Origin: Nostoc sp.
GTDB taxonomy: Bacteria; Cyanobacteriota; Cyanobacteriia; Cyanobacteriales; Nostocaceae
Assembly: GCA_036918135.1 (NCBI GenBank)
Contig: JBALDB010000069.1
Span: 32,001 to 96,000 of the forward strand
Length of the DNA stretch: 64,000 nt
Direction: 5' to 3'
Below are positions 1 through 9,715 of the stretch, piece by piece; position 1 is the stretch's first letter, and each line of letters starts with the position of its first letter. The position numbers and the translations under genes were made by a program. The notes under the pieces were generated by a model. It had not been told where the DNA came from, made no database searches, and was given only the letters and a program-made list of their open reading frames with translations.

Positions 1-360
1 ACAGAAACTCTGAATTTACGACCAGCTTGCCGGCAGGTAGTAGAAGCACGTCAAGCTACAGCTATGCATTGGGTGTTAGTAGCAGAAAATACTCCAGTTT
101 CCTACTCTGCGTTTAATGCCACCTTACCCGATATTGTGCAAATTGGTGGAGTGTGGACACCACCAGGTTTGCGGGGTAAAGGTTACGCCAAAAGTGTTGT
201 AGCAGGCTCGTTATTAGAAGCGCGATCGCATGGAGTAAAACGCGCTATCCTGTTTACAAGTGATGACAATCAGGCAGCACAAGTAGTTTATCAAGGAATT
301 GGTTTTGTGCCTACTGGCGAGAGGTATGGGTTGGTGTTGTTTGAAGATAGTCAGGGATGA
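1..360 (+). CDS. GNAT-family N-acetyltransferase, C-terminal part (5' end outside window)
   Basis: Frame is open from base 1; acetyl-CoA motif A VWTPPGLRGKGYA and N..A..VYQGIGF motif. Confidence 0.85.
   Translation, partial: TETLNLRPACRQVVEARQATAMHWVLVAENTPVSYSAFNATLPDIVQIGGVWTPPGLRGKGYAKSVVAGSLLEARSHGVKRAILFTSDDNQAAQVVYQGIGFVPTGERYGLVLFEDSQG
221..228. repeat. HIP1 octamer GCGATCGC (example; many copies throughout the window)
   Basis: Recurrent GCGATCGC, a cyanobacterial hallmark. Confidence 0.9.
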
Positions 361-646
361 TGCGCCTGCGGCATTGGAAGTACTGAAATCATTCTCAAGA
401 TATAGTTTGCTCTTTCTAAAATAGGTAATCTTTTTAATTTGAATCTAATAATTAGATTGCCTTGATTGCAGTTATCAATCAAAGCGGTCGCTCTAATTTG
501 TATCTGTATTTTGCAATAACAAACTTAATGTTTTTCTACCCATAGTTGTGAAAGCGATCGCTCAAAAGAAAGAGGGTATCTCCCTCTCCCATATGTCAAC
601 GTGAGATTAGTAATAAATCCGAACGCTTGAGAGAGGAGAACTACCA

Positions 647-1699
647 ATGGTAGCTACTTTAGATGATACGAAGCGCAATACTATTGCTGTGAAATTAGCA
701 AGTATCAAAGCACTGCAAGAATTGGTTCTTGAAAACGAACAAGTGCTATTGAGAGAAGGACTTGATGCCGAAATTGCCGATCGCATTCGGAATTTCATCA
801 AAGATGATGAAAAAAATCTTGGCGTTTTGGAAACTGTAATTACTCAGTATGGTATTCAAGCTGAACCAAAAAAAGTTGTCACAGAATTCATTGAAAAAGC
901 AAAAGAATTGTTTAAAGGTTCTGAGCTAAGCTTATATGAAAAAGTGTCTCAGCATGAATTACTCAAACATCAAATAGTAATGAGTGGCTTGATAGTTCAC
1001 AAAGCAGCTCAAAAAGTTGGTGCTGACGTAATGGTGGCGATCGCACCTTTGAATACAATTAACTTTGAAAACCGCGCTCACCAAGAGCAACTCAAAGGTA
1101 TTCTAGAAATTCTGGGTGTCCGCGAACTAACAGGACAAGATGCAGATCAAGGAATTTGGGCGCGGGTTCAAGATGCTATGGCTGCGGTAACTGGTGTAGT
1201 GGGTAGTGCTGTCACCCAATCGAGTGACAAAAAGGATTTGAATATCCAGGATGTCATCCGCTTAGATCATAACAAGGTAAATACTCTGTTTACCGAACTA
1301 TTACAAAGCAACGAGCCGCAAAAGATTCAAGAATACTTTGGTCAAATTTACAAGGATCTCACTGCTCACGCCGAAGCCGAAGAGGAAGTTGTCTACCCAA
1401 GAGTACGTTCTTTCTATGGTCAAGACAATACTCAAGAACTGTATGACGAACAAGCTGACATGAAGCAGCGCTTAGATGAAATTAAATCTATTAGCCCTTC
1501 TGCTCCTGAATTCAAACAAAAAATCAAACAGCTAATGGACATTGTTGGCGACCATATTCGTCAAGAAGAAAGTACAATGTTTACTGCAATTCGCAACAAC
1601 TTGAGTACTGAACAAAGCGAGCAACTAGCTACTGAATTCAAAGCTGCTAAGACCAAGATTCAACAAAAATTAGGCGTTGTTAGCGAATCGAAGATTTAG
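647..1699 (+). CDS. Ferritin-like plus hemerythrin (HHE) domain protein
   Basis: C-terminal DH...HAEAEEEVVYP...HIRQEES hemerythrin motifs; N-terminal helical domain with E/H ligands (HELLKH, ENRAHQE). Confidence 0.8.
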   Translation: MVATLDDTKRNTIAVKLASIKALQELVLENEQVLLREGLDAEIADRIRNFIKDDEKNLGVLETVITQYGIQAEPKKVVTEFIEKAKELFKGSELSLYEKVSQHELLKHQIVMSGLIVHKAAQKVGADVMVAIAPLNTINFENRAHQEQLKGILEILGVRELTGQDADQGIWARVQDAMAAVTGVVGSAVTQSSDKKDLNIQDVIRLDHNKVNTLFTELLQSNEPQKIQEYFGQIYKDLTAHAEAEEEVVYPRVRSFYGQDNTQELYDEQADMKQRLDEIKSISPSAPEFKQKIKQLMDIVGDHIRQEESTMFTAIRNNLSTEQSEQLATEFKAAKTKIQQKLGVVSESKI

Positions 1700-1774
1700 T
1701 TAACAGAAAAAATCTAAAATCTAGCCTAATTAATCTGACTTAGTTGTCATGCTAAATTGCTAGTGAAATAGAGG

Positions 1775-1804
1775 AACTCCTAACATTATTTGTTAGGAGT
1801 TTTT
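1775..1804 (+). terminator. Rho-independent terminator
   Basis: AACTCCTAACA-TTATT-TGTTAGGAGTT perfect 11-bp stem followed by T run. Confidence 0.75.
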
Positions 1805-1861
1805 ATTGACTCTGTATTTCCAAGCTAATAGTATTTACTCCACATTCTGTAAATACAGCAG

Positions 1862-1886
1862 TCAGGAGCCAAGCCGGAGACGCTCG
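1862..1886 (+). repeat. Small dispersed repeat, inverted copy at ~8566-8590
   Basis: TCAGGAGCCAAGCCGGAGACGCTC matches the reverse complement of GAGCGTCTCCGGCTTTGCTCCTGA; both copies lie next to GAATTCACCAATTA. Confidence 0.7.
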
Positions 1887-2197
1887 GCCGATGCGTCAGA
1901 ATTCGTGAATTCACCAATTAGAATAGGTTCTTAGGCACGCTGTATGTCCTATGTTCAGGTGAAAATCGAACGACTACCTGACACTGCTGCCCTTATACTC
2001 TAGTAGCGTATCAAGCTCAAAGACTTTAGTGATGACTATGGCTGACAATTACTCAATGGCAAGCATTCGCAAGGTAAGTTAATATCCAAGATAGCTAAGC
2101 TGCTGTTTAAAGCATTAGTGGACGCGATCGCCAAAAAGTGATAACTAACTCCCTAAACTAAAGTAGGGGTTTTTAATATCAGTCAAAGGTTATTAGA

Positions 2198-3826
2198 GTG
2201 AATTTGATTTACTTTCTTTTACGTTCTGCTTGGGGTATGGTAGCGATCGCGATCGTCACTGGATTCCTGAGTGGCGGTAGTAGTGCTGGCTTGATTGCTT
2301 TGATTAGTCGTGCTGCTAGTAGCGGTAGTACTGAGCGCTTCACATCCATAGCTTGGGCTTTTGCAGGACTAGCAATAGTTGCACTGATTACCAGCATTAT
2401 TTCCCAAGTGATGCTGATTCGCCTTTCTCAGAATGCAGTTTTGCAGTTACGGATGCGTTTGAGTAGGCAAATTCTCGCTTCTGAGTTGAGTCATTTGGAA
2501 CGTTTGGGAAACCCTCGACTATTGGCAACTCTAACAGAGGATATTCAAGCAGTTGCTAATGCTGTTTATCAGATGCCTTTTTTGTTTATTAATTTAGCGA
2601 TCGTTTTCGGTTGTATATCATATATTACCTGGCTTTCTTGGTTGGTACTGCTGATGGTTTGTGCTATTTCCATAGTAGCGATCGGCAGTTGCCAGTGGCT
2701 ATTAACTAGAGGAGGGAAGTTGCTAGCCTTAGCTCGTGAGGATGAAGATCGCCTGTTTAAGCATTTTCGCACGATTACCGAAGGAGTCAAGGAACTCAAG
2801 CTTAATTATCAACGGCGTCAAGTTTTCTTAGAAGAAAAACTGCAAGCAACTGCTAATGAATTTCGTCATCATAATGTTAACGGTCTAACTCTTTTTGCGA
2901 CAACTTCTAGCTGGGGTCAACTCGTCTTCTTTTTTGCGATCGGTTTTGTCTTGTTTGCACTGCCTAATTTACTTACTATTGATTCCGAAACCCTCTCTGG
3001 TTACATTTTGACTTTTACTTATTTGGTGTTACCAATGGATAACATTATCAGTAAACTTCCTTTATTAAGTAAAGCCAGCATTGCTTTACAAAAGATAGAT
3101 TCACTGGGTTTATCTTTAGCTAATAGTTCTGAAGTATCGACTGTTCCAACTGCCATTAAATCTTCATGGCATAGCTTAAAATTGAAAAACTTGACTCATA
3201 CTTACTACACCAATCAAGAAGACAACAGCTTTATTTTCGGCCCCATTGACCTAATCTTGTATCCTCAAGAATTAGTCTTCATTGTCGGTGGCAATGGTAG
3301 TGGTAAATCTACCTTAGCTAAACTAATTACTGGACTTTATATCCCAGAAAATGGGGAAATTTGGTTTGATAAGGAGTTAATTAGCGAACAAAATCGAGAA
3401 TGGTATCGGCAGCATTTTTCCGTTGTATTCTCTGACTTCTATTTATTTGACGAACTTTTAGGATTAAAAAATTTAAAATTAGATACTCAAGCTGCAAAAT
3501 ATCTCAAACAACTGCAATTAGACCATAAGGTAAAAGTTGAAAATGGACAACTTTCTACCATTGCTCTTTCTCAAGGACAACGTAAGCGTCTAGCTCTACT
3601 TACCGCATACTTGGAAGATAGACCAATTTATCTATTCGATGAGTGGGCAGCCGATCAAGATCCAATATTTAAAGGAATATTTTATACTCAACTCTTACCA
3701 GAACTGCGATCGCGCGGTAAAACAGTCCTGGTGATTAGCCACGACGATCGCTATTTTCATTTAGCAGACCGAATTATCAAACTTGATTATGGACAAATAG
3801 AATATAACGAACAAGTAAAAACTTAA
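2198..3826 (+). CDS. Cyclic peptide export ABC transporter (SyrD/PvdE family), fused permease-ATPase
   Basis: TM N-terminus; Walker A GGNGSGKST; LSQGQRKRLAL signature; DEWAADQDP family motif. Confidence 0.9.
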   Translation: MNLIYFLLRSAWGMVAIAIVTGFLSGGSSAGLIALISRAASSGSTERFTSIAWAFAGLAIVALITSIISQVMLIRLSQNAVLQLRMRLSRQILASELSHLERLGNPRLLATLTEDIQAVANAVYQMPFLFINLAIVFGCISYITWLSWLVLLMVCAISIVAIGSCQWLLTRGGKLLALAREDEDRLFKHFRTITEGVKELKLNYQRRQVFLEEKLQATANEFRHHNVNGLTLFATTSSWGQLVFFFAIGFVLFALPNLLTIDSETLSGYILTFTYLVLPMDNIISKLPLLSKASIALQKIDSLGLSLANSSEVSTVPTAIKSSWHSLKLKNLTHTYYTNQEDNSFIFGPIDLILYPQELVFIVGGNGSGKSTLAKLITGLYIPENGEIWFDKELISEQNREWYRQHFSVVFSDFYLFDELLGLKNLKLDTQAAKYLKQLQLDHKVKVENGQLSTIALSQGQRKRLALLTAYLEDRPIYLFDEWAADQDPIFKGIFYTQLLPELRSRGKTVLVISHDDRYFHLADRIIKLDYGQIEYNEQVKT

Positions 3827-3972
3827 AATTTAGAATGTAAAATAAATCAGGTAGAAAATGGTTGCAAGTCATTTAAATTTATTTATGTGTAGCACTATTT
3901 TTACATTTAATCTGAAACTTTTTAAGTTTAAACTTGTTTCAGCAGCATTTGTACATTTATCAAATAAAAGTA

Positions 3973-4212
3973 ATGTCTGAACAAAAGCCTTTAAATCCGT
4001 GGAACTACAAACCTTGGTGGTGTCAACCCTGGTCTATACTGCTCACAGGTGTAATCTTGATTGGTGGTAGCTGGTTATTATTTAAAACTATTTGGCTAAC
4101 AATTCTCGTCTCTATCCCTGTAGTCACCTGGATGGTATTTTTTGTGTTAATTTGGCCGCAACTAATGATTCGCAGCGGGATTTTAGAGTCCTATAAGAAT
4201 TCTGAATTTTGA
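3973..4212 (+). CDS. Small cyanobacterial membrane protein (DUF6737-like)
   Basis: W.YKPWWCQPWSILLTG motif and two hydrophobic helices; ATG at 3973 preferred over TTG at 3934. Confidence 0.7.
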   Translation: MSEQKPLNPWNYKPWWCQPWSILLTGVILIGGSWLLFKTIWLTILVSIPVVTWMVFFVLIWPQLMIRSGILESYKNSEF

Positions 4213-4231
4213 ATTTTTAAGTGAAATAAGT

Positions 4232-4329
4232 TGGCATTGCAGATAAAGCAGGATGATTTAACAAATTATAAAATCTCTTCTCCTACTCCCTCTATGTACC
4301 TAAATTCATCCCCCTGTTATGCAACGCCA
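4232..4329. repeat. Imperfect inverted-repeat (MITE-like) element
   Basis: TGGCATTGCA..GGATGATTTA pairs with TAAATTCATCC..TGCAACGCCA. Confidence 0.55.
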
Positions 4330-4332
4330 ATA

Positions 4333-4550
4333 ATATCATGTCCGGTTGAATACTTATGATATCTGTGAAGGTAAGTAATGCTTCGGCGAGGCTCAGCATA
4401 AATGGGTAATGGGTAATGGATAATCGGTAATCGGTAATCGTCAGTTATTTATTCCCAATTACCAATTAGCTTTTTCCCAATCCCCAATTACTTTTTTCCC
4501 AATTACCAAAAAGACCAACCATATTGTAAGTAATTAGCCGAACTTGATAT
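4333..4550. repeat. MITE-like element with ~30-bp imperfect terminal IRs and internal inverted heptamer repeats
   Basis: ATATCATGTCCGGTTGAATACTTATGATAT pairs with ATATTGTAAGTAATTAGCCGAACTTGATAT; interior has GGTAATG/GGTAATC and CAATTAC heptamers. Confidence 0.65.
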
Positions 4551-4610
4551 AAGTCTTATACAGATGATTTGCCAGACATCTATATTAAAGGTAGGCAAAC
4601 TTCTACCACT

Positions 4611-4705
4611 TATAGTATTTCTTACTTTGGTAAGGTACAACGTAGGGGCGATAACTATGTGCCTTTACAAATATTCTGTACCTCATGTAATACAGAAACG
4701 CTATA
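4611..4705. repeat. TATAG...CTATA MITE-like element with internal REP-like GTAGGGGCG hairpin
   Basis: TATAGTATTTC..AGGTACA pairs with TGTACCT..GAAACGCTATA. Confidence 0.55.
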
Positions 4706-5030
4706 GTTCATATCCTTGACAATAATAGCGTAACATGCTATAGCACAACCTTTAATAAGTCCCTCCCCTTGTCCTCTTCTGTATCTTACTAATTTTGTAG
4801 GTAATTATTCTCAGTTACTGAAGAATTTTGCAAACCTAACCCCAAACTTTTCTCACAGTTTAGAGAAATTTGTGGTATAAAAAATATCAATTTTTGACGA
4901 AGCGCTTTTATCATTTAATAAGTTTTGATAATTTTTATCCAATTTCGATCGTTTTCAACCTGGCTTTGGGCACAAGACCTTGTAAGCATTTACATATTCA
5001 GGGAATTTGCACACTGAAAGTCAGAGTCAA

Positions 5031-6254
5031 ATGAACAACAGAGCAAGCCGAAGGCATGAAGAAGATAATGCAATACAATATCTCTGTACAAGATTCAACC
5101 AACTGTTGATTGCCGTTGCAGAGATGTTTCGAGCGTACAGGTTTGACACTCGAGAGAAAGTCTTGCGATTATTGCAAAATTTTCAGCGTAGCAAACTTTT
5201 TTGCCTAAAGTTCAGACTCTCATCTGTGAAAACACAACCTGTTCCTCTACCTGAAAATGAAGCAGAAAGGCTCAAAGCATTGGAGGATTATAGTATTCTG
5301 GATACCCCACCAGAACAAGGTTTTGATGACCTGACTGCTCTAGCTGCTTATATTTGTAGGACTCCCATTGCTTTTATTAGTTTAGTTGATACCGATCGCC
5401 AATGGTTTAAATCGAAAGTGGGATTAAAAGCTAAGGAAATACCTAGAGATTGGGCTTTTTGCTCCTATACTATTTTGCAACCACAGGAGATATTGGTAGT
5501 TACTAATGCCATCAAAGACGAGCGTTTTGCTAACAATCCTTTAGTTACAAATAATCCCAAAATTCGTTTTTACGCTGGTGCGTCGCTAGTTACACCTAAT
5601 GGTTTTCCTATAGGGACGTTGTCTGTCATCGATACTATTCCTCGTCAGCTGAGTTCCCAGCAGTTAGATGCACTGCACCGCTTAAGTCGTCAGACCATTG
5701 CCCAGATGGAACTCATCCAGCAAATTCGCAACCGCAAACAAGCGGAAATCGAGGGAAGGCAGTTATCACTAACCGATGAATTAACAGGTTTACATAATCG
5801 GCGTGGTTTCTTCTTACTGGCTGAACAGCAACTAAAAATTGCTCGCCGGATGAAACTGCTGTGCTGGGTAATCTTCATTGATTTAGATGGTCTAAAACAG
5901 ATTAACGATACCCTTGGTCACGACATCGGAGATGCCTTAATTATTGATGCTGGTCGATTACTCAAGCAAAGTTTTCGTAACTCAGATATTGTTGCTCGCT
6001 TAGGTGGAGATGAATTCATTGTTTTCATCTCTAGCTACTTCAAGGATGCAGATAGCATACAAGTACATCTGCAAGCAAATATTGCCAACTTCAATCGAGA
6101 GCAAAACCGTAGTTATCTACTTTCCATGAGTATAGGAATACAGCGTTACTTACCAGAAAGCAATATGTCACTAGAACAACTGGTTGCCAGATCTGACGAG
6201 TTAATGTACGCTCACAAACGTCTCAAGCGGCAATCTATTAATTACATTCAGTAA
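5031..6254 (+). CDS. GAF-GGDEF diguanylate cyclase (start uncertain)
   Basis: GAF region (EAERLKAL..Y.ILDT, DERFANNPLV, RFYAG); TDELTGLHNRR; RNSD I-site followed by ARLGGDEF. Confidence 0.9.
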   Translation: MNNRASRRHEEDNAIQYLCTRFNQLLIAVAEMFRAYRFDTREKVLRLLQNFQRSKLFCLKFRLSSVKTQPVPLPENEAERLKALEDYSILDTPPEQGFDDLTALAAYICRTPIAFISLVDTDRQWFKSKVGLKAKEIPRDWAFCSYTILQPQEILVVTNAIKDERFANNPLVTNNPKIRFYAGASLVTPNGFPIGTLSVIDTIPRQLSSQQLDALHRLSRQTIAQMELIQQIRNRKQAEIEGRQLSLTDELTGLHNRRGFFLLAEQQLKIARRMKLLCWVIFIDLDGLKQINDTLGHDIGDALIIDAGRLLKQSFRNSDIVARLGGDEFIVFISSYFKDADSIQVHLQANIANFNREQNRSYLLSMSIGIQRYLPESNMSLEQLVARSDELMYAHKRLKRQSINYIQ

Positions 6255-6270
6255 CGCCGATTTGTTTTTG

Positions 6271-6861
6271 CTAATCTACTACTTGACTGCCATGACTGCG
6301 AGGGTCATCTTGAGTAGCCGTTGGAGCTGCTGGGGCTGAAAATTTGGAAACTTGCCCGCTAGATTGACCATAGGGAAGAGGCGAGCCAGTAACTAAAGCC
6401 TCTAAGTTGCTAGCCAGAATCGTGCGGGGTTGATCGCCGATCGCTTGAGCGATAGTTTCGCCACCTGGCTTCAAAAACACAAAATGCGGAATCCCATCCA
6501 CGCGATATTTCAACATTTCTGGTAGCCACTTGGTATTATCCACATTCAGCATCACAAAATTTAACTTGTCAGCATATTGTGTTTCCAGTTGGGCAATATC
6601 TGGCGCCATTTTTTGGCAGACAGTACACCAATCAGCATAAAACTCCACTAAAGATGGTTTACCGTTGGTCATTGCTACTTCTAAGGGTATGGAGCTATCA
6701 CTTAACTTGGGCAGGGAAACTGAAGTTGTTTCAGTTCGCAATCCCAAGAACAGAGCAATGGCCAAAGCGATCGCTACGATTGCAATTAAGAAGTTTCTCA
6801 AACGCTTGGCGAAGGTGGATTCAGACTTTTCGGGAGAATTAGCTGGTAAACCCGTACTCAT
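6271..6861 (-). CDS. txlA: Membrane-anchored thioredoxin-like protein TxlA/HCF164
   Basis: N-terminal TM helix; EFYADWCTVC; VDGIPHF; C-terminal DPRSHG. Confidence 0.85.
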   Translation of the reverse strand: MSTGLPANSPEKSESTFAKRLRNFLIAIVAIALAIALFLGLRTETTSVSLPKLSDSSIPLEVAMTNGKPSLVEFYADWCTVCQKMAPDIAQLETQYADKLNFVMLNVDNTKWLPEMLKYRVDGIPHFVFLKPGGETIAQAIGDQPRTILASNLEALVTGSPLPYGQSSGQVSKFSAPAAPTATQDDPRSHGSQVVD

Positions 6862-6945
6862 AACACAATTATTACAACTTATTAAGTAATCTCTTTTTCA
6901 GTTTAGCTGACTCGAACCCCTTTCAAAAAAAATTACAAATTATGA

Positions 6946-7351
6946 GTCGTGATTGACTGATGACTGATGAGTGTTGACTGATGAGTGTGAACAGTAGGAT
7001 ATTTTTTAGAAAGGAAGTCTTTAGTATGTCACAGCGTAAATAGAGCATCGAATCCGAAGGGTTAGTAAGACTTATATGACACTCGCGAGCTGCGAAAATA
7101 GCCGTTTTAGACATTATTTGGCAAGACTACATCGTAAAACTTTTTGTTACTCTAAGTCCGAGGAAATGCTTAAGCTATCTATTCGATTAGTAATACATTA
7201 TCTCAAATACGGTTTCGTAGTGGTGCGGCACGTAGCGTCCGCTTTTCTTGAGGCGATCGCATGATTCATACTTGGATTCAGCAACGCTAAAAAACATCCC
7301 ACTGTTCACACTCAACGGTCAACACTCATCAGTCAACAGTTATCAGTCGAC
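6946..7351. repeat. Long imperfect inverted repeat enclosing an IS1 remnant
   Basis: TGAGTGTGAACAGTAGGATATTTTTTAG (6982-7009) pairs with CTAAAAAACATCCCACTGTTCACACTCA (7287-7314); arms extend via GACTGAT-type units. Confidence 0.75.
7061..7289 (+). mobile_element. IS1-family transposase (InsB) C-terminal remnant with probable right end
   Basis: SKTYMT...ENSRFRHYLARLHRKTFCYSKSEEMLKLSIRL is typical of cyanobacterial IS1 InsB; TTCATACTTGGATTCAGCAACGC resembles an IS end. Confidence 0.8.
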
Positions 7352-7499
7352 ACTCCCTATGCCCATAATTTAAAATCCTGCCAAACGATGAGAAGTTATC
7401 AAACTCAAGGATGATGAGTAGTTAGCAATTAAATTGACAAAATAACTCTATAAAGAGTGATATTTAAGCAGTAGATAGCGCTTGTAAAGGATAAGGGGC

Positions 7500-7973
7500 A
7501 TGATTAAATCTTGGATGGTGATTGGGGGTGTGGCTTTCTTAGTTGCCCTAGCAGCTAACGTGATTACACCTAGCGATCGCCAGTGGTTCAAGCGCTTACA
7601 ACGACCAAGATGGCTAACTTTTGAGGCCGCAATTCCACTTATTTGGACTGTAATATTTATTTGCGGTGCTTGGTCGGCTTACATTATCTGGGAAAAAAAT
7701 CCAGGAACCACTCCAACCTGGTTAATCATGGGTTTATATCTGCTGTTAGAAATTATCACCATTGCCTATACACCCGTAATGTTTAGGCTTCGCAGCCTAA
7801 AAGTAGGCACAATTCTCGGTGGCGCAGGTTTTATTATTAGTATTTTATTGATACTTGCAGTCTTAACTGTTTCTGGTTGGGCAGCACTGTTACTAGTTCC
7901 TTATTTGCTCTGGAGTCCTATTGGAACTTATACCACTTGGCAGATGGCTAGTCTCAACCCTCAAGATGCCTAA
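7500..7973 (+). CDS. tspO: TspO/MBR tryptophan-rich sensory protein, copy 1
   Basis: WFKRLQRPRW, IPLIWT and LLVPYLLW motifs; 5 TM helices. Confidence 0.85.
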   Translation: MIKSWMVIGGVAFLVALAANVITPSDRQWFKRLQRPRWLTFEAAIPLIWTVIFICGAWSAYIIWEKNPGTTPTWLIMGLYLLLEIITIAYTPVMFRLRSLKVGTILGGAGFIISILLILAVLTVSGWAALLLVPYLLWSPIGTYTTWQMASLNPQDA

Positions 7974-8062
7974 GATTAGCACCAGCGAATGATTTAACAT
8001 ATCCTCTAAATTGTCAGACTTGCAGTGTAGGACTTGACAAAATACACAAGCAAGAGTGCAAT

Positions 8063-8536
8063 ATGATTCCATCTTGGATAATAATTGGGGCTGTAAGTTT
8101 CTTGGTTGCCCTTGGTAGTTTCTTCATTACACCGCGTGATGTTAAATGGTTCGCACAGTTAAGTCGTCCTCGCTGGCTAGTTTTTGAGCCGCTGATTCCA
8201 TTCATCTGGACTGTGATTTTTATTTGTGGTGCAGCTTCAGCTAGTATTGTCTGGCAAAAAAATCCAGGAAGCATAATTACTTGGCTGTTGATGGCTTTAT
8301 ATCTTTTGGTGGAAATTATCACCGTCGCCTACATACCTCTAATGCTGAGGTTTCGCAGTCTCAAAGTTGGGGAAATTCTCGGAGTATTCGGTTTAATTAG
8401 TGCCGTTGTCCTTGGTATCTGCGTTTTGCCGATTTCTCAATTAGCAGCGCTATTACTACTTCCTTATCTAATTTGGACTCCCATTGGGACTTACACCACA
8501 GAAGAGTTAAAGGAATTAAATCCTCAAGATGCTTGA
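8063..8536 (+). CDS. tspO: TspO/MBR tryptophan-rich sensory protein, copy 2 (tandem paralog)
   Basis: WFAQLSRPRW and LLLPYLIW; same length (157 aa) and same LNPQDA end as copy 1. Confidence 0.85.
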   Translation: MIPSWIIIGAVSFLVALGSFFITPRDVKWFAQLSRPRWLVFEPLIPFIWTVIFICGAASASIVWQKNPGSIITWLLMALYLLVEIITVAYIPLMLRFRSLKVGEILGVFGLISAVVLGICVLPISQLAALLLLPYLIWTPIGTYTTEELKELNPQDA

Positions 8537-8611
8537 AGAAGAATTCACCAATTATGACGCCTTGGCGGAGCGTCTCCGGCTTTGCTCCTGAATTCTTTTG
8601 TGATAACGCAT

Positions 8612-9319
8612 TTAAACAAGACGCCCATAACGTGCGCTGACATGATTGGCTGGATTGGATTGATTATTCAGCCAAGCCCACATTTGATCGCCAAAAGAAA
8701 AATGCCACCATTCTCTAGGATTGCGTTGAAACCCTGCTTTGAACATTACATCCTGTAACAGCTGACGGCGAGCATGATATTCTTGTGCTTCTGGAGAATC
8801 GCTATCGCCATAAAAATCGGGATGCGATCGCTCTGACATTTCATCAATTAGCGAACCCATATTCACTATTTTCCCAGTATCATCTACTAGCGTCACATCC
8901 ACCGCAGCACCAGTACTGTGAGGAGGGGGAGTTTTTTCATCCAAACTCGGTACAGCCCAAATTTCATAAACCGCTTGCCAAATCTCTTGGCGTTGGTTTG
9001 GTAGTAATTCCGCCTTAGTTAATCCCCTTTCTTGTACTGCTTGCGCGAAGCTGTAATCTACCATAAACTGCTGGACTGCGATCGGGCGATAGCCATCAAA
9101 GATTTGAATTCGCCACTTGGAATGCAATGATTCCAGGTAATTTTGCGCTTGAATCAGATTTTCAATCGCGCTCTGACGGAGATAATAGGGAGAGCGATCG
9201 CCATAAGGCGCACCTAACTTTTCATAAGGATGGGGAGATTCCACCGCAAACAATTCTAAAGGAATCGCTACTAGCGGTTCACCACACTCAAAAATCGGGA
9301 TTTGATGATAAGGTCTCAT
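8612..9319 (-). CDS. D-Ala-D-Ala dipeptidase (VanX/M15D family)
   Basis: IFDGYRP, PHSTGAAVDVTL and EWWHFS zinc motifs. Confidence 0.9.
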   Translation of the reverse strand: MRPYHQIPIFECGEPLVAIPLELFAVESPHPYEKLGAPYGDRSPYYLRQSAIENLIQAQNYLESLHSKWRIQIFDGYRPIAVQQFMVDYSFAQAVQERGLTKAELLPNQRQEIWQAVYEIWAVPSLDEKTPPPHSTGAAVDVTLVDDTGKIVNMGSLIDEMSERSHPDFYGDSDSPEAQEYHARRQLLQDVMFKAGFQRNPREWWHFSFGDQMWAWLNNQSNPANHVSARYGRLV

Positions 9320-9462
9320 CTAGTCAGCTACACAGGACTTACGAATTTTAACGCAAGCATAGCATTCTGTGTAACGATTCTCTTCTTCCTCCGTGTACTT
9401 TGCGCTGCGTGCAATACCAATTTTTCTTAAATTAATCGTGCCCGAAAAATGTAACAATACCA

Positions 9463-9655
9463 TAAGTAGATGGACAAAAATATTTACAGTCATTGCGAGC
9501 GAAGCGTACCACTTCGTGGAAGCAAGCTACGCGGAGCGTCTCGAAGAGAAGCAATTGCAAGGGCTGAGATTACTACCCTTCGGGAAGGCTTCGCCTACAT
9601 TCCGCTTCGCTCTATTCGCAATGATATTGTCTATTTAATTCTGTCCGACTACTTA
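9463..9655. repeat. Nested palindromic element (outer TAAGTAG..GGACA IR, inner GTCATTGCGAGCGAAGCG IR, inserted short repeats)
   Basis: TAAGTAGATGGACAAAA pairs with TTCTGTCCGACTACTTA; GTCATTGCGAGCGAAGCG pairs with CGCTTCGC..TCGCAATGA. Confidence 0.7.
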
Positions 9656-9715
9656 TACCTTCTTCTCATTATTTAGGAAGATACTTGCACTAAAAATTAA
9701 TATAAAAAATCAAGT

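Noticed and set aside
9393..9676. Two short ORFs upstream of Trypco1
   Set aside because: They overlap the nested palindromic element and show no protein-like features.
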